Origin: a gamma proteobacterium SCGC AAA076-P13
GTDB lineage: Bacteria; Pseudomonadota; Gammaproteobacteria; Magnimaribacterales; D2472
Direction of reading: 5' to 3'
Assembly: GCA_000384935.1 (NCBI GenBank)
Contig: ARRA01000002.1
Location: 70,162-134,161, forward strand
DNA: 64,000 nucleotides
In this document: piece by piece, positions 54,437 to 64,000 of the stretch
Position numbering within the stretch: position 1 is the stretch's first letter
How the letters are laid out: the number at the start of each line of letters is the position of its first letter
Notes under the pieces: generated by a model
Told to the model about the DNA's origin: nothing
What the model saw: the letters and a program-made list of their open reading frames with translations, nothing else
Database searches by the model: none
Position numbers and translations under genes: made by a program

Positions 54437-55066
54437 TTGAATAATAAAAATTTCCATATTCTAATAATATTTATATCTATTCTAGTAGCATTCTTTTCTG
54501 GTTTTGGAAGATTTGATGGAGTTGTTGAATTCTTAACTTTTCTTAAACCTGCCTCCTTAAATGGAGGCTATTTTAATTTCCTTACTTTTGAAGATACTTT
54601 TATAAAAGCTAATGAATGGTGGAGACTTGTAACACCAATGTTTATTCATTTTTCACTCTCTCACTTAGCATTTAATTGTTTATGGTTATATGTTCTTGGT
54701 TCTAAAATTGAATTGCATGATGGAAAAATTATATTTATAACTCTAATAATTTTTTCTTCAATAACAGCCAATTATTTCCAATATATTTTTTCTGGACCTT
54801 CACTTTTTGGAGGTTTATCAGGTGTTGTATATGGAATGTTCGGTTTCTGTGTGGTCTTAGAATTGGAGTTAAAAAACCTAAGATATGGATTACCTCCAGC
54901 AATATATTTATTCATGCTTATATGGATGTTATTAGGTTTTCTTGGAGTATTAGAGATTTTTGGCTTTGGTAATATTGCAAATTTTGCTCATCTTGGCGGC
55001 CTTATTTCTGGATTGGTTTTCGGAATGGTGTCTAGATATATATCAGTGTTAAAATTAAACAAATGA
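54437..55066 (+). CDS. rhomboid-family intramembrane serine protease
   Basis: GLSGVVYG (GxSG) and FAHLGG motifs, WWRLVTPMFIH. TTG start. Confidence 0.85.
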   Translation: MNNKNFHILIIFISILVAFFSGFGRFDGVVEFLTFLKPASLNGGYFNFLTFEDTFIKANEWWRLVTPMFIHFSLSHLAFNCLWLYVLGSKIELHDGKIIFITLIIFSSITANYFQYIFSGPSLFGGLSGVVYGMFGFCVVLELELKNLRYGLPPAIYLFMLIWMLLGFLGVLEIFGFGNIANFAHLGGLISGLVFGMVSRYISVLKLNK

Positions 55067-55926
55067 ATAAAATAAGAAAAGCCGTCCTGCCTGTTGCTGG
55101 ATTTGGTACCAGATTTTTACCTGCTACCAAAGCAACTCCAAAAGAAATGCTACCAATAATTGATAAGCCATTAGTTCAGTATGCAGTAGAAGAGGCTATA
55201 GACATTGGTATAGAAGAAATAATTTTCATTACTAGCCCATCTAAATATTCCATTAAAAAACATTTTGATAAATCTCTTGACCTTGAGGATAGGCTTATTG
55301 AATCTGGAAAACATGAGTTTGTTGAAAAATTGAACCCATCTAAATTTAGTAAGATTAAGTTTCACTACGTTATGCAACATGAGCAGAATGGATTAGGACA
55401 TGCTATCTCATTGGCAGAAGATTTAATTCATGATGAACCATTTGCTATATTGCTTCCGGATGATTTATTTTTTTCTGAGGATAGCTGTCTAAGTCAATTA
55501 AAAAGAACATACATGAATACAAATTCATCTGTAATTGCTGTAAATAGAATCGATAAGAATAATATTCACAAATATGGAGTTATTAGTCCTGGCATTCAAG
55601 AAGCTAATTCAATTGAGATTTTAGACATTGTTGAAAAACCAAATGCTGATGAGGCTCCATCCGATATAGCAGTTTGTGGCAGATATATTTTAACAAGTTC
55701 TATATTTAAGAAATTAAAAAATGTTAAGCCTGATAAGTCAGGAGAAATTCAAATTACTGATGCAATTAAACTATTAATTGAAGATGAAACAGTTAACGCG
55801 TGTATTTATGAAGGAGAAAAATTTGACTGTGGCAGCAAGCTAGGTTTTGTGGAAGCTACGATTGCCATATCATTGAGAGATAAAGAAATAGGCCATAAAG
55901 TTAAAGATCTGATAAACAAATTATAA
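55063..55926 (+). CDS. galU: UTP--glucose-1-phosphate uridylyltransferase
   Basis: AVLPVAGFGTRFLPATKATPKEMLPI. Confidence 0.9.
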   Translation: MNKIRKAVLPVAGFGTRFLPATKATPKEMLPIIDKPLVQYAVEEAIDIGIEEIIFITSPSKYSIKKHFDKSLDLEDRLIESGKHEFVEKLNPSKFSKIKFHYVMQHEQNGLGHAISLAEDLIHDEPFAILLPDDLFFSEDSCLSQLKRTYMNTNSSVIAVNRIDKNNIHKYGVISPGIQEANSIEILDIVEKPNADEAPSDIAVCGRYILTSSIFKKLKNVKPDKSGEIQITDAIKLLIEDETVNACIYEGEKFDCGSKLGFVEATIAISLRDKEIGHKVKDLINKL

Positions 55927-55927
55927 T

Positions 55928-56914
55928 TTGAATTTACTTTTAAAAATAATTAAAAACTTCCCACCTGAAGCTTCTCATATGATTGCGCTTCATTCATTAA
56001 AGTTACTCCATAAACTTAATTTAGTTAGGCTATTTTTTCCAGTTTTTGAAAATCAAGGGGTTGAATTTCTTGGATTAAAGCTAACGAACAGACTTGGAAC
56101 GGCAGCTGGGCTAGATAAGAATGGGGATTTTATAGATTCTGTGGGCTCCCTTGGGTTTGGGTTTTTGGAGGTAGGAACTGTTACCCCAAAAGCACAAATT
56201 GGTAATCCGAAGCCAAGAGTATTTAGGGTATTTGATGAAGAGGCAATTATTAATAGGCTTGGGTTTAATAACAAGGGAGTCGATTATTTGGTTAAAAGAC
56301 TTCAAAAAAAGAAATTCCAAGGTATTGTCGGGGTCAACATAGGCGCAAATAAAACATCACAAGGCCAAAAAAGAATAGACGATTATATTGAATGTTTTCA
56401 AAAAGTTTATCAGTATGCTGACTATATTACAGTCAATATCTCTTCACCCAATACGCCCGGCTTAAGAGATCTTCATAATTCAGATAATTTAAAGAAACTA
56501 ATTGATTCAATAGATAATCAAATTTATGCATGTAAATATACAAAACCAATCTTTTTAAAAATTTCACCAGATGAAGATGCAAATTCTATTTCTGAAATTA
56601 TTCATATTATTAACAACTCTTCTTTTTCAGGTCTAATTGTTTCTAATACATCAGTTGATAAATCATTGCTGTCTAGTAAACAGTTTCATGAATATGAGGG
56701 TGGCTTGTCTGGGAAGCCAATTATGAATAAATCTACAAAACTATTAAGCACTATCTTTAAGGAAGACCATTCCATACCTTTAATTGGAGTTGGCGGGGTC
56801 ATGGGATATGATGATTTTATTAAAAAAATAGATGCAGGTGCTAATTTAGTGCAGATCTATTCAGGTTTTATTGTAAAAGGGCCTCAGATCGTTAAAGATA
56901 TTTTAAAAGATTAA
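55928..56914 (+). CDS. pyrD: dihydroorotate dehydrogenase (quinone), class 2
   Basis: NISSPNTPGLR, GFLEVGTVTP and IGVGGV motifs. TTG start. Confidence 0.9.
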   Translation: MNLLLKIIKNFPPEASHMIALHSLKLLHKLNLVRLFFPVFENQGVEFLGLKLTNRLGTAAGLDKNGDFIDSVGSLGFGFLEVGTVTPKAQIGNPKPRVFRVFDEEAIINRLGFNNKGVDYLVKRLQKKKFQGIVGVNIGANKTSQGQKRIDDYIECFQKVYQYADYITVNISSPNTPGLRDLHNSDNLKKLIDSIDNQIYACKYTKPIFLKISPDEDANSISEIIHIINNSSFSGLIVSNTSVDKSLLSSKQFHEYEGGLSGKPIMNKSTKLLSTIFKEDHSIPLIGVGGVMGYDDFIKKIDAGANLVQIYSGFIVKGPQIVKDILKD

Positions 56915-56919
56915 GTTTT

Positions 56920-57354
56920 ATGGAATTAATTATTATTTTGACTGTGATTATATTTTTAATTGGCACAGTAAGCATTGCACTCCCATCAAAGTCAACAAGG
57001 GAAATCTCTAACTTAAGATTAGAAGCATCAAAGCTAGGATTTAAGATTATTTCATCTAAATTGAGTACCCAATCTTTTAAAAATAAAGATTTTTCATTAG
57101 TTTGTTATCAGTTTAAAAATGAAACAAATATAAAAGAAGCACACTTTATTAGAGACAAAGATGATTTAATTTTGTATTCTCCACTCAAACTTAAGTACTC
57201 TGATGGGTATGATGAGATAAAAGTTAAGCTAAGTAAATTCTCTTTAAAGGTACATGAGATTATTTATTCAAAAACTCTGATAGCATTTTTATGGGAAGAA
57301 AAATCAGGATTAGAAGAGCTTAAAAATATTTCTAGTTCTATAAAAGAATTATAA
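56920..57354 (+). CDS. hypothetical protein with one N-terminal TM helix
   Basis: 144-aa ORF filling the pyrD-topA gap. No family recognised. Confidence 0.45.
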   Translation: MELIIILTVIIFLIGTVSIALPSKSTREISNLRLEASKLGFKIISSKLSTQSFKNKDFSLVCYQFKNETNIKEAHFIRDKDDLILYSPLKLKYSDGYDEIKVKLSKFSLKVHEIIYSKTLIAFLWEEKSGLEELKNISSSIKEL

Positions 57355-57413
57355 ATATCTTGTCATTTATGCTTAATTAATGTTATTTGTAAAAAAAGGA
57401 ACTAATTTTTATT

Positions 57414-60035
57414 ATGGCAAAATCACTTGTAATTGTAGAATCGCCGGCTAAAGCTAAAACGATTTCTAAATATCTTGGTAAAGACTATATTGTTGAATCA
57501 AGTGTGGGACACATAAGAGATTTACCAAAGAAAGCTTCGCCGGCATCCAAAAGAGCCTCCATCCCAAAAGATATTTCTCTTGAAGAAAAACAAAAGTTAA
57601 AAGCAGTTAATGATCGAAATAGACTTATCAGAAGAATGGGTATTGATCCTGATAATGGTTGGACTGCTGATTGGCAAATAATTCCTGAAAAAGAAAAAGT
57701 TATAAAATCATTAAGAAAAGCAGCTAAAGGCGTTGATCATATATATTTAGCAACTGACCTTGATAGAGAAGGTGAAGCAATAGCATGGCATCTAAAAGAA
57801 GCTCTCGGTCCTGAAAAATATAATTATTCAAGGGTTCGCTTTAATCAAATAACTAAATCAGCAATTATTGATTCTTTTGCTGATCCAAAGGAAATTGATT
57901 TAGATCTAGTAAAGGCATATAGAGCAAGAAGGTTTCTAGATAAGGTTATTGGGTTTGAGCTTTCTCCACTCCTATGGAAAAAAATAGCAAGAGGCTTATC
58001 AGCCGGAAGAGTGCAGTCAGTTGCACTTAGGGTTCTCGACGAGAGAGAAAGGCTTATTCAGGAATTTATTCCAGAAGAATACTGGGAAGTTTCTATGAAG
58101 TTACGCTCATCTGATAAAAATATTATTCCATTTGCACTTAATAGAAAGAAATCTGATCCGCTTCTTCAAAAAGATGAAGCTAAAAAAATAAAATCTTTAA
58201 TAGAATCTACAGAATTAAAAATATCTGAGATTGTTAAAAAGCCTGTAAAAATAAAACCAAAAGCTCCTTTTATTACATCAACACTCCAGCAGGCAGCAAG
58301 CACAAAATTAAGCTTTAATGTTAAAAGGACAATGAGGGTTGCTCAAAAGCTTTATGAGGGCGGTCACATAACGTATATGAGAACCGATGCTCCTAGTCTT
58401 AGCAAAGAGTCTATCCAAGATGCAAGAAATTATATAAGTGATAAATTAGGAGAGAACTATCTTACAAACGCTCCAAGAATTTACTCAAGCACAGAAAATG
58501 CTCAAGAGGCCCATGAGGCAATAAGACCCACAAATGCATTTATGCATCCAGATGACCTCATAGGGTCATCTGAAGAAGAGAGAAGGCTTTATAGTTTGAT
58601 TTGGCAACAATATATTTCTTGCCAAATGCCCGATGCTGAATATTTATCAACCTCAGTAAAAGTTGCTGTGGGAGACTATTATTTTTCAGCTAAAGGCAGA
58701 GAGGTTGTATTCGATGGTTACACCAAGGTATCAAAAAATAATACTGATGCCGAGGATGATATTTTGCCTGTAATGCATGAGGGCGAGGATCTGGTTCTGG
58801 AAGAACTAAACCTTGATCAGAAATTTACAAAGCCACCTGCAAGATTTTCTGAAGCAGCTTTGGTTAAAGAGCTTGAAAAAAAAGGAATCGGCAGGCCATC
58901 AACTTATGCAAATATTATTTCTACAATCCAAGACAGAGGGTATGTAGAAATTCAAAATAGAAGATTCTTTGTGAAAAAAATTGGCCACATTGTTACAGAA
59001 AGGTTAATTGAAAGCTTTGATGACATTATGAATTATGATTTTACTGCCAATCTTGAAAATAATTTAGACCAGGTTGCAAGCGGAAATTTAAATTGGAAAA
59101 ATGTTTTGGATGACTTCTATAAAGCTTTCCAAGATGACTTAGCATCGGCATCAATTGATGATGGAGGTATGAGAACTAATAAGCCAACTGCTACAGATAT
59201 TATCTGCCCAGATTGCTCAAAAAGTAAAATGGTAATTAGAAATTCTTCAAATGGAGTTTTTTTGGGTTGCTCAGGTTATGACAATGAGGGCGATGATAAG
59301 TGCAAAAAAACTGTCAACCTTATTTCTGGCGATGAAGCTATCAGTGTAGATGATAAAGAGGAAGCTGAAAATTTACTGATTAAAAAAAGGTGTAGCAAGT
59401 GTGAAACCAGCATGGACAATTATCTGATAGATGAGCATAGAAAATTGCATGTCTGCGCAAAAAGCCCTGACTGCGATGGTTATGAAGTTGAAGACGGATT
59501 ATTTAAGATTAAAGGCTATGACGGACCAGTATTAGAATGTCATAAATGCGGTTCTGAAATGCAGCTTAAAACTGGAAGATTTGGTAAGTACTTTGGCTGT
59601 CTTAACGATAATTGTGGGACAACAAGAGCACTTCAAAGAAATGGGGAACCAAAACCTCTAACAATGGAACCAATTTCTATGCCTGATCTTGCTTGCATTA
59701 AATGCGAAGATCATTACTTACTAAGAGATAGCATGAAAGGTCTTTTCTTAGCTGCAAGTAAATATCCAAAAAATAGAGAGACTAGAGCTCCTAAAGTATC
59801 TGAAATAAATCACCTAACAAGTGAAATAAATGAAGCATGTAGGTTTTTACCTGAAAAAGATAAACACGCATATTTAATGTCAGCCCCAGAAAAAGACAGA
59901 GATGGGAATGCTTATGTTATTAGATATAACAAATCAGAAGATGTTCATTATTTAGCTTCGGAAAAGGATGGCAAAAAAACAAAATGGACTGCTATTTATA
60001 ATAATGGTGAATGGGCTCAAAACCTTAAAAGTTAG
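57414..60035 (+). CDS. topA: DNA topoisomerase I
   Basis: VIVESPAKAKTISKYLG (Toprim), ITYMRTD (active-site Tyr), and multiple C-terminal CxxC zinc ribbons. Confidence 0.95.
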   Translation: MAKSLVIVESPAKAKTISKYLGKDYIVESSVGHIRDLPKKASPASKRASIPKDISLEEKQKLKAVNDRNRLIRRMGIDPDNGWTADWQIIPEKEKVIKSLRKAAKGVDHIYLATDLDREGEAIAWHLKEALGPEKYNYSRVRFNQITKSAIIDSFADPKEIDLDLVKAYRARRFLDKVIGFELSPLLWKKIARGLSAGRVQSVALRVLDERERLIQEFIPEEYWEVSMKLRSSDKNIIPFALNRKKSDPLLQKDEAKKIKSLIESTELKISEIVKKPVKIKPKAPFITSTLQQAASTKLSFNVKRTMRVAQKLYEGGHITYMRTDAPSLSKESIQDARNYISDKLGENYLTNAPRIYSSTENAQEAHEAIRPTNAFMHPDDLIGSSEEERRLYSLIWQQYISCQMPDAEYLSTSVKVAVGDYYFSAKGREVVFDGYTKVSKNNTDAEDDILPVMHEGEDLVLEELNLDQKFTKPPARFSEAALVKELEKKGIGRPSTYANIISTIQDRGYVEIQNRRFFVKKIGHIVTERLIESFDDIMNYDFTANLENNLDQVASGNLNWKNVLDDFYKAFQDDLASASIDDGGMRTNKPTATDIICPDCSKSKMVIRNSSNGVFLGCSGYDNEGDDKCKKTVNLISGDEAISVDDKEEAENLLIKKRCSKCETSMDNYLIDEHRKLHVCAKSPDCDGYEVEDGLFKIKGYDGPVLECHKCGSEMQLKTGRFGKYFGCLNDNCGTTRALQRNGEPKPLTMEPISMPDLACIKCEDHYLLRDSMKGLFLAASKYPKNRETRAPKVSEINHLTSEINEACRFLPEKDKHAYLMSAPEKDRDGNAYVIRYNKSEDVHYLASEKDGKKTKWTAIYNNGEWAQNLKS

Positions 60036-60472
60036 TGGATTCAAAAGAGCTAGTTAATTTATATTTAGATATTTCCGAAGGTTTACTATCTAAACTTTCT
60101 TTGAATAACTCTTCTGAGGAAGATTTTGATAAGTATTTATTTATCCTTTCGGTTGAGCAAAGTCTTGATTCTCTTGCAATCAGCATTGCCTCAAATTCTG
60201 AATTTGAGAACTCTCAATTCAGCTCTTATGACTATATAAATAAATGGAAGGAGCTCTCGCAGAATCATTCTACTAAAAACATCATTAAGAAAGAATTTGA
60301 TGCAGACGGCATTTTTAATATGTTAGTTTTAATTAAAAAAGCACTTCATGAGCCCATAAATGAGTCAATAATAGTTTCAAATGAAACGCTCAACTTGAAA
60401 AAACTTAATTTGTTATTAGATAGGTATAAAGAATTTATTATCATGCTTCGCAAAACCCTCGAGGAATGCTAA
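60035..60472 (+). CDS. hypothetical protein, translationally coupled to topA
   Basis: The GTG start shares one nt with the topA stop (TAGTG). 145 aa, predicted helical. Its position matches the unknown ORFs that follow topA in Pseudomonas, from memory. Confidence 0.5.
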   Translation: MDSKELVNLYLDISEGLLSKLSLNNSSEEDFDKYLFILSVEQSLDSLAISIASNSEFENSQFSSYDYINKWKELSQNHSTKNIIKKEFDADGIFNMLVLIKKALHEPINESIIVSNETLNLKKLNLLLDRYKEFIIMLRKTLEEC

Positions 60473-60494
60473 GCTTGATATAAGAGGAAAATAT

Positions 60495-60752
60495 ATGTCG
60501 AATTACCTAGAATTAGCTCAATTACCAGATGGAAGTATAGTACTTAGAAGATCCGATGATCATGAAAACCCAATTGTAAAAATTGATTTTTCATCTGAAT
60601 CTAAAGAATTTCTTCAAGGTCAAGAATTATCTGTTGCAAAGGAAATGATAAGAGCTGGTATAGAAAGTGTTAGCGGAAATGTTAGTGATTTTGATGAATT
60701 TTTTGATGGACAAAAAGAAAGGCTATCTAAAAAACCTGTAATTCTTCACTAG
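60495..60752 (+). CDS. hypothetical small acidic protein
   Basis: 85-aa ORF. Overlaps the convergent lexA stop by 4 nt. Confidence 0.45.
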   Translation: MSNYLELAQLPDGSIVLRRSDDHENPIVKIDFSSESKEFLQGQELSVAKEMIRAGIESVSGNVSDFDEFFDGQKERLSKKPVILH

Positions 60753-61363
60753 TTTTCTCTAATTAGGCCTACGCTTTTTCCTTCGATAAATAGTTCTGTA
60801 TGCTCTAAATCAATTTCAATGTTACTAAAGTCTTCATTTGCCGGTTGAAGATGAACTATTTTTGGCGAGTGTCTATGAAAGTATTTAACAGTAACTTCGT
60901 CATCAATTCTAGCAATAACAATATCGCCATTTTTAATGTCTTGTGTTTTTTTCACTGCAATTAGATCATCTTCCATAATTCCAGCATCTTTCATACTAAG
61001 ACCTCTGACACGAAGAAAGTAATCAAAATTTGAGCCAAAAAAACCTTGAGGGCAATTAAAAACCTTTTCTACGTTCTCAGTTGCAAGAGTAGGTGACCCA
61101 GCTGCAACTAACCCAATAATTGGGTAATCATTACCATCATGTTCAATTTCTGGGTTAATAATAGAAATACCTCTAGATGTTCCACTTTCAATTGAGATAA
61201 AGCCTTTCTTCTCTAATGCTCTAAGATGTGTTTCAGCTGAATTTGGCGATTTAAAACCTAATTCTTGGCATATATCTGCTCTTGTTGGCGGAAAACCAGT
61301 TTTCTTTATGTATACTTGGATACAGTTAAGTACCTTATTTTGCTGAGATGTTATGTCTTTCAT
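60749..61363 (-). CDS. lexA: LexA repressor
   Basis: N-terminal winged HTH, VAAG cleavage site, GLSM (Ser) and VTVKYF (Lys) catalytic dyad. Confidence 0.95.
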   Translation of the reverse strand: MKDITSQQNKVLNCIQVYIKKTGFPPTRADICQELGFKSPNSAETHLRALEKKGFISIESGTSRGISIINPEIEHDGNDYPIIGLVAAGSPTLATENVEKVFNCPQGFFGSNFDYFLRVRGLSMKDAGIMEDDLIAVKKTQDIKNGDIVIARIDDEVTVKYFHRHSPKIVHLQPANEDFSNIEIDLEHTELFIEGKSVGLIREN

Positions 61364-61377
61364 AATACTTTTATTAA

Positions 61378-61397
61378 TACTGAATATATATACAGTA
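61378..61397. promoter_or_regulatory. SOS box (LexA operator) TACTGAATATATATACAGTA
   Basis: CTG-N10-CAG gamma-proteobacterial consensus, 15 nt upstream of the lexA ATG. It overlaps -10-like hexamers of both divergent promoters: TATAAT 61396-61401 on +; TATACT on - with TTGATA -35 at 61423-61418. Confidence 0.85.
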
Positions 61398-61430
61398 TAA
61401 TGCAGAATCTATATTTATATCAACTTTTAA

Positions 61431-62330
61431 ATGGAAGAAAATAGAAAATTAATAATAGGAATTTCGTCAAGAGCTTTATTTAATCTTGATGAAAGTCATG
61501 ATATTTATGAAAAAGATGGGCTTGACTCCTATCGCGATTATCAAATAGCTAATGAAGATAAGACTCTTGATCCAGGAGAGGCATTTAATCTAGTTAAAAA
61601 AATATTAGATATTAATTCTCTATATGAAGATCGTCAGAGAATTGAGGTCATCCTCTTATCAAGAAATACATCTGATACTGGATTAAGAATAAGAAATTCA
61701 ATTGAGGCTCATGGGTTGGATATTAGTAGAGCTGCTTTTTGTGGTGGCGAAAGCCCTCATAGGTATGTTAAAGATTTTGGTGTTCATCTTTTTTTATCAA
61801 GCAGCATGGAAGATGTGAAATTAGCAATCAAAAGCAATGTTGCTGCTGCAACAATTATCTCAAGGGATAATGATAATAATTTTCTTTCAGAAGATGGTCA
61901 GCTAAAGATAGCATTTGATGGAGATGCAGTAATTTTCTCAGATGATTCAGAAAAAGTGTTTCATGAAGAGGGCTTAGAAGCATTTATTGAGAATGAAGTA
62001 ACTGCAACAACTGCATTAAAAGAAGGGCCATTTAAATCCTTTCTTGTTGAACTTAATGATATCCAAAATGATTTTGATATTAATGATTGCCCAATTAGGA
62101 CCGCTCTAGTTACAGCAAGATCGGCCCCATCTGATAAGAGAGTCATTAAGACACTAAGAGAATGGGGAGTAAGGATTGATGAGTCTCTATTTTTAGGCGG
62201 CATGTCAAAAAAAGATTTTCTTAAATCTTTTCAAGCAGATATCTTTTTTGATGACCAAAAAAAACATATTATAGATACACAAAATACTACAGCATCAGGC
62301 CATGTGCCTTATGGAATTAAAAACACGTAA
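61431..62330 (+). CDS. 5'-nucleotidase family protein (PF06189-like)
   Basis: LIIGISSRALFNLDESHDIYEKDGLDSYRDYQ ... VILLSRNTSDTGLRIRNSIEAHGLDISRAAF pattern recalled for this family. Confidence 0.65.
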   Translation: MEENRKLIIGISSRALFNLDESHDIYEKDGLDSYRDYQIANEDKTLDPGEAFNLVKKILDINSLYEDRQRIEVILLSRNTSDTGLRIRNSIEAHGLDISRAAFCGGESPHRYVKDFGVHLFLSSSMEDVKLAIKSNVAAATIISRDNDNNFLSEDGQLKIAFDGDAVIFSDDSEKVFHEEGLEAFIENEVTATTALKEGPFKSFLVELNDIQNDFDINDCPIRTALVTARSAPSDKRVIKTLREWGVRIDESLFLGGMSKKDFLKSFQADIFFDDQKKHIIDTQNTTASGHVPYGIKNT

Positions 62331-62346
62331 CCTATAGGCATACAAA

Positions 62347-62955
62347 ATGGAAATAGTTTGTTTCGACATGGAAGGCACTTTAACACCGGAGATATGGGAA
62401 AAAGTAGCGACCAATACAGGCATAGAGGAATTTAATAAAACGACTAGAGATATTCCAGACTATGGAAACCTCATGGATTTTAGGCTTGGCGTTATGAAGA
62501 CACATGGCATTAAGCTTTCAGATATTCAAAACGCAGCTAATGAATTAGAGCTACTGCCTGGGGCTGAATCTTTTTTAGCAAATGTTAGAGAAAACTTTCA
62601 AGTTGTAATTCTTTCAGATACTTTCCATGAAATCGCTCAACCATTAATGAAAAAAATGGGATTCCCATTACTTCTATGTCATAACTTAGAAGTTGTTCAA
62701 GACGAGGTTATTTCATATAAACTTCGTAACAATAAAGCAAAAAAACAGGCCATAGAGAGCTTTCAATCCATAGGATATAGATGCTTAGCTGCCGGAGACT
62801 CTTACAATGATCTTCAAATGTTCGAAGTAGCTGAAAAAGGTTTTTTTATTAATGCTCCTGAAAAAATTTCAGATGCACACCCAAATATACAATCCTTTCA
62901 TAATTATGATGATCTTGAAAAAGGTCTCTTATCAAATTCATTATTTCAAGAATGA
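62347..62955 (+). CDS. thrH: phosphoserine phosphatase / homoserine phosphotransferase
   Basis: [17 protein letters not shown] ... TTRDIPDY ... VVILSDTF ... AAGDSYND, collinear with Pseudomonas ThrH. Confidence 0.85.
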   Translation: MEIVCFDMEGTLTPEIWEKVATNTGIEEFNKTTRDIPDYGNLMDFRLGVMKTHGIKLSDIQNAANELELLPGAESFLANVRENFQVVILSDTFHEIAQPLMKKMGFPLLLCHNLEVVQDEVISYKLRNNKAKKQAIESFQSIGYRCLAAGDSYNDLQMFEVAEKGFFINAPEKISDAHPNIQSFHNYDDLEKGLLSNSLFQE

Positions 62956-63614
62956 GTGACCATTTAAAATTAGATAATTTTTCTAGGCCTGTTTTAAGCA
63001 TGCCAAAGGAAAACTCTAATCTTCTCCTTCATAGCTGTTGTGCTCCATGTGCTGGTGAAATTATGGAAGCCTTGGCTGCATCAAATATAAAAACTACCGT
63101 ATATTTTTATAACCCAAATATTCATCCAATTGAAGAATACGAAATTAGAAAGAATGAAAATAAAAGATTTTGCGATAAGTTAGGTTTTGAATGCATTGAC
63201 GGTGATTATGACAAAGACAATTGGTTTGAAAGAATCAAAGGTTTAGAGGATGAGCCTGAAAGAGGAAAAAGATGCACTCAGTGTTTTGATATGAGGTTCG
63301 AAAGATCTGCATTATTTGCTCAAGAAAATGGTTTCGGAGTATATGCAACAACTTTAGGTATTTCTAGGTGGAAGGATATGGAGCAAATCAACTCTTCTGG
63401 CCTTCGTGCAGCTAAAAGATATGAAGATGTATCTTACTGGGACTTTAACTGGAGGAAGCAGGGCGGCTCTTCAAGAATGGTTGAGATTTCCAAGAGAGAA
63501 GAGTTCTATCAGCAAGAGTATTGTGGCTGTGTATACAGTTTAAGAGATACCAATAGATGGAGACGGAAGAATAATAAAGATAGGATTATTAGAGGCGTAA
63601 AATTTTATAGCTAG
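62952..63614 (+). CDS. queH: epoxyqueuosine reductase QueH (DUF208)
   Basis: [18 protein letters not shown] and YCGCVYS cysteine motifs. Confidence 0.85.
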   Translation: MSDHLKLDNFSRPVLSMPKENSNLLLHSCCAPCAGEIMEALAASNIKTTVYFYNPNIHPIEEYEIRKNENKRFCDKLGFECIDGDYDKDNWFERIKGLEDEPERGKRCTQCFDMRFERSALFAQENGFGVYATTLGISRWKDMEQINSSGLRAAKRYEDVSYWDFNWRKQGGSSRMVEISKREEFYQQEYCGCVYSLRDTNRWRRKNNKDRIIRGVKFYS

Positions 63615-63661
63615 CTATAAATTTGGGAACAGGCATCTTCTTGACTTATAATCCCACAACT

Positions 63662-64000
63662 ATGACAGCAGGCACAAAATTTAGAGAAGCATTAAAATCA
63701 GATTCCCCATTAGTAATACCAGGGACTATAAATGCTTATTCTGCAATCTTAGCTGAAAAAGCAGGACATAAAGCTGTCTACCTTTCCGGCGGAGGAGTAG
63801 CCGCAGCATCATATGGAATGCCTGACCTAGGAATAACATCCATGGATGATGTCTTAATTGACGTTAAAAGAATATCCAATTCAACATCACTTCCTTTACT
63901 TGTAGATATCGATACTGGTTGGGGAGGAGCTTTTAATATTTCAAGAACTATAAAAGAAATGATCAATGCTGGGTGTGGAGCCGTGCATATGGAAGACCAA
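63662..64000 (+). CDS. prpB: 2-methylisocitrate lyase (partial, runs off the window end)
   Basis: KFREALKSDSPLVIPGTINAYSAILAEKAGHKAVYLSGGGVAAASYGMPDLGI...LLVDIDTGWGG...HMEDQ, collinear with E. coli PrpB. Confidence 0.85.
   Translation, partial: MTAGTKFREALKSDSPLVIPGTINAYSAILAEKAGHKAVYLSGGGVAAASYGMPDLGITSMDDVLIDVKRISNSTSLPLLVDIDTGWGGAFNISRTIKEMINAGCGAVHMEDQ

Noticed and set aside
1-64000. CRISPR arrays, tRNA or rRNA genes, IS elements, prophage or known defence systems
   Set aside because: Scanning the few intergenic regions longer than 100 bp showed no spaced direct-repeat arrays, cloverleaf-like sequences, or transposase, integrase or phage structural ORFs. A proper tRNAscan, Infernal or defence-finder run would be needed to exclude small elements.

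Overview
AT-rich (about one-third G+C by eye), very gene-dense chromosomal segment with about 65 CDS in 64 kb. Many 1-14 nt gene overlaps occur, four of them between convergent genes. I saw no rRNA, tRNA, CRISPR array, transposase, integrase or recognisable defence genes. The gene content points to a streamlined marine Gammaproteobacterium, possibly SAR86-like, though that taxon call is inference only. Supporting features are a gamma-type LexA box (CTG-N10-CAG) in front of lexA, a topA/two small ORFs/lexA neighbourhood, ThrH, a TonB-dependent receptor and a DmdA-like aminomethyltransferase. Housekeeping genes include topA, lexA, pyrD, galU, nadK, tadA, xthA, prc, nagZ, queH, thrH, arsC, msrAB and the start of prpB. 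They are interleaved with many acyl-CoA and redox genes: two tandem acyl-CoA dehydrogenase pairs, three crotonases, several MDR and SDR oxidoreductases, a FATP-type acyl-CoA synthetase, and an atu/liu-like biotin carboxylase operon with an AtuA (DUF1446) gene and an embedded TetR. The most unusual locus is the left edge (1-2500). There, a two-gene TmpA/TmpB-like (BBOX-type Fe/2OG dioxygenase plus PhnZ-type HD protein) putative oxidative phosphonate C-P cleavage cassette is bracketed by 33-nt direct repeats. These repeats are embedded in a family of 84-nt structured repeat units and sit next to a 5'-truncated VOC/glyoxalase gene remnant. Other loci worth follow-up: a translationally coupled methyltransferase / APS-kinase-like P-loop kinase / HxGH nucleotidyltransferase triad (29909-31798); a RimB-like retropepsin fused to RimK; a signal-peptide MsrA-Trx-MsrB fusion with a zinc-less, single-Cys MsrB; a ugd gene remnant; and an SOS box shared by lexA and a divergent 5'-nucleotidase gene. 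All family calls rest on motifs read from the translations and on memory of those families. No searches were run.
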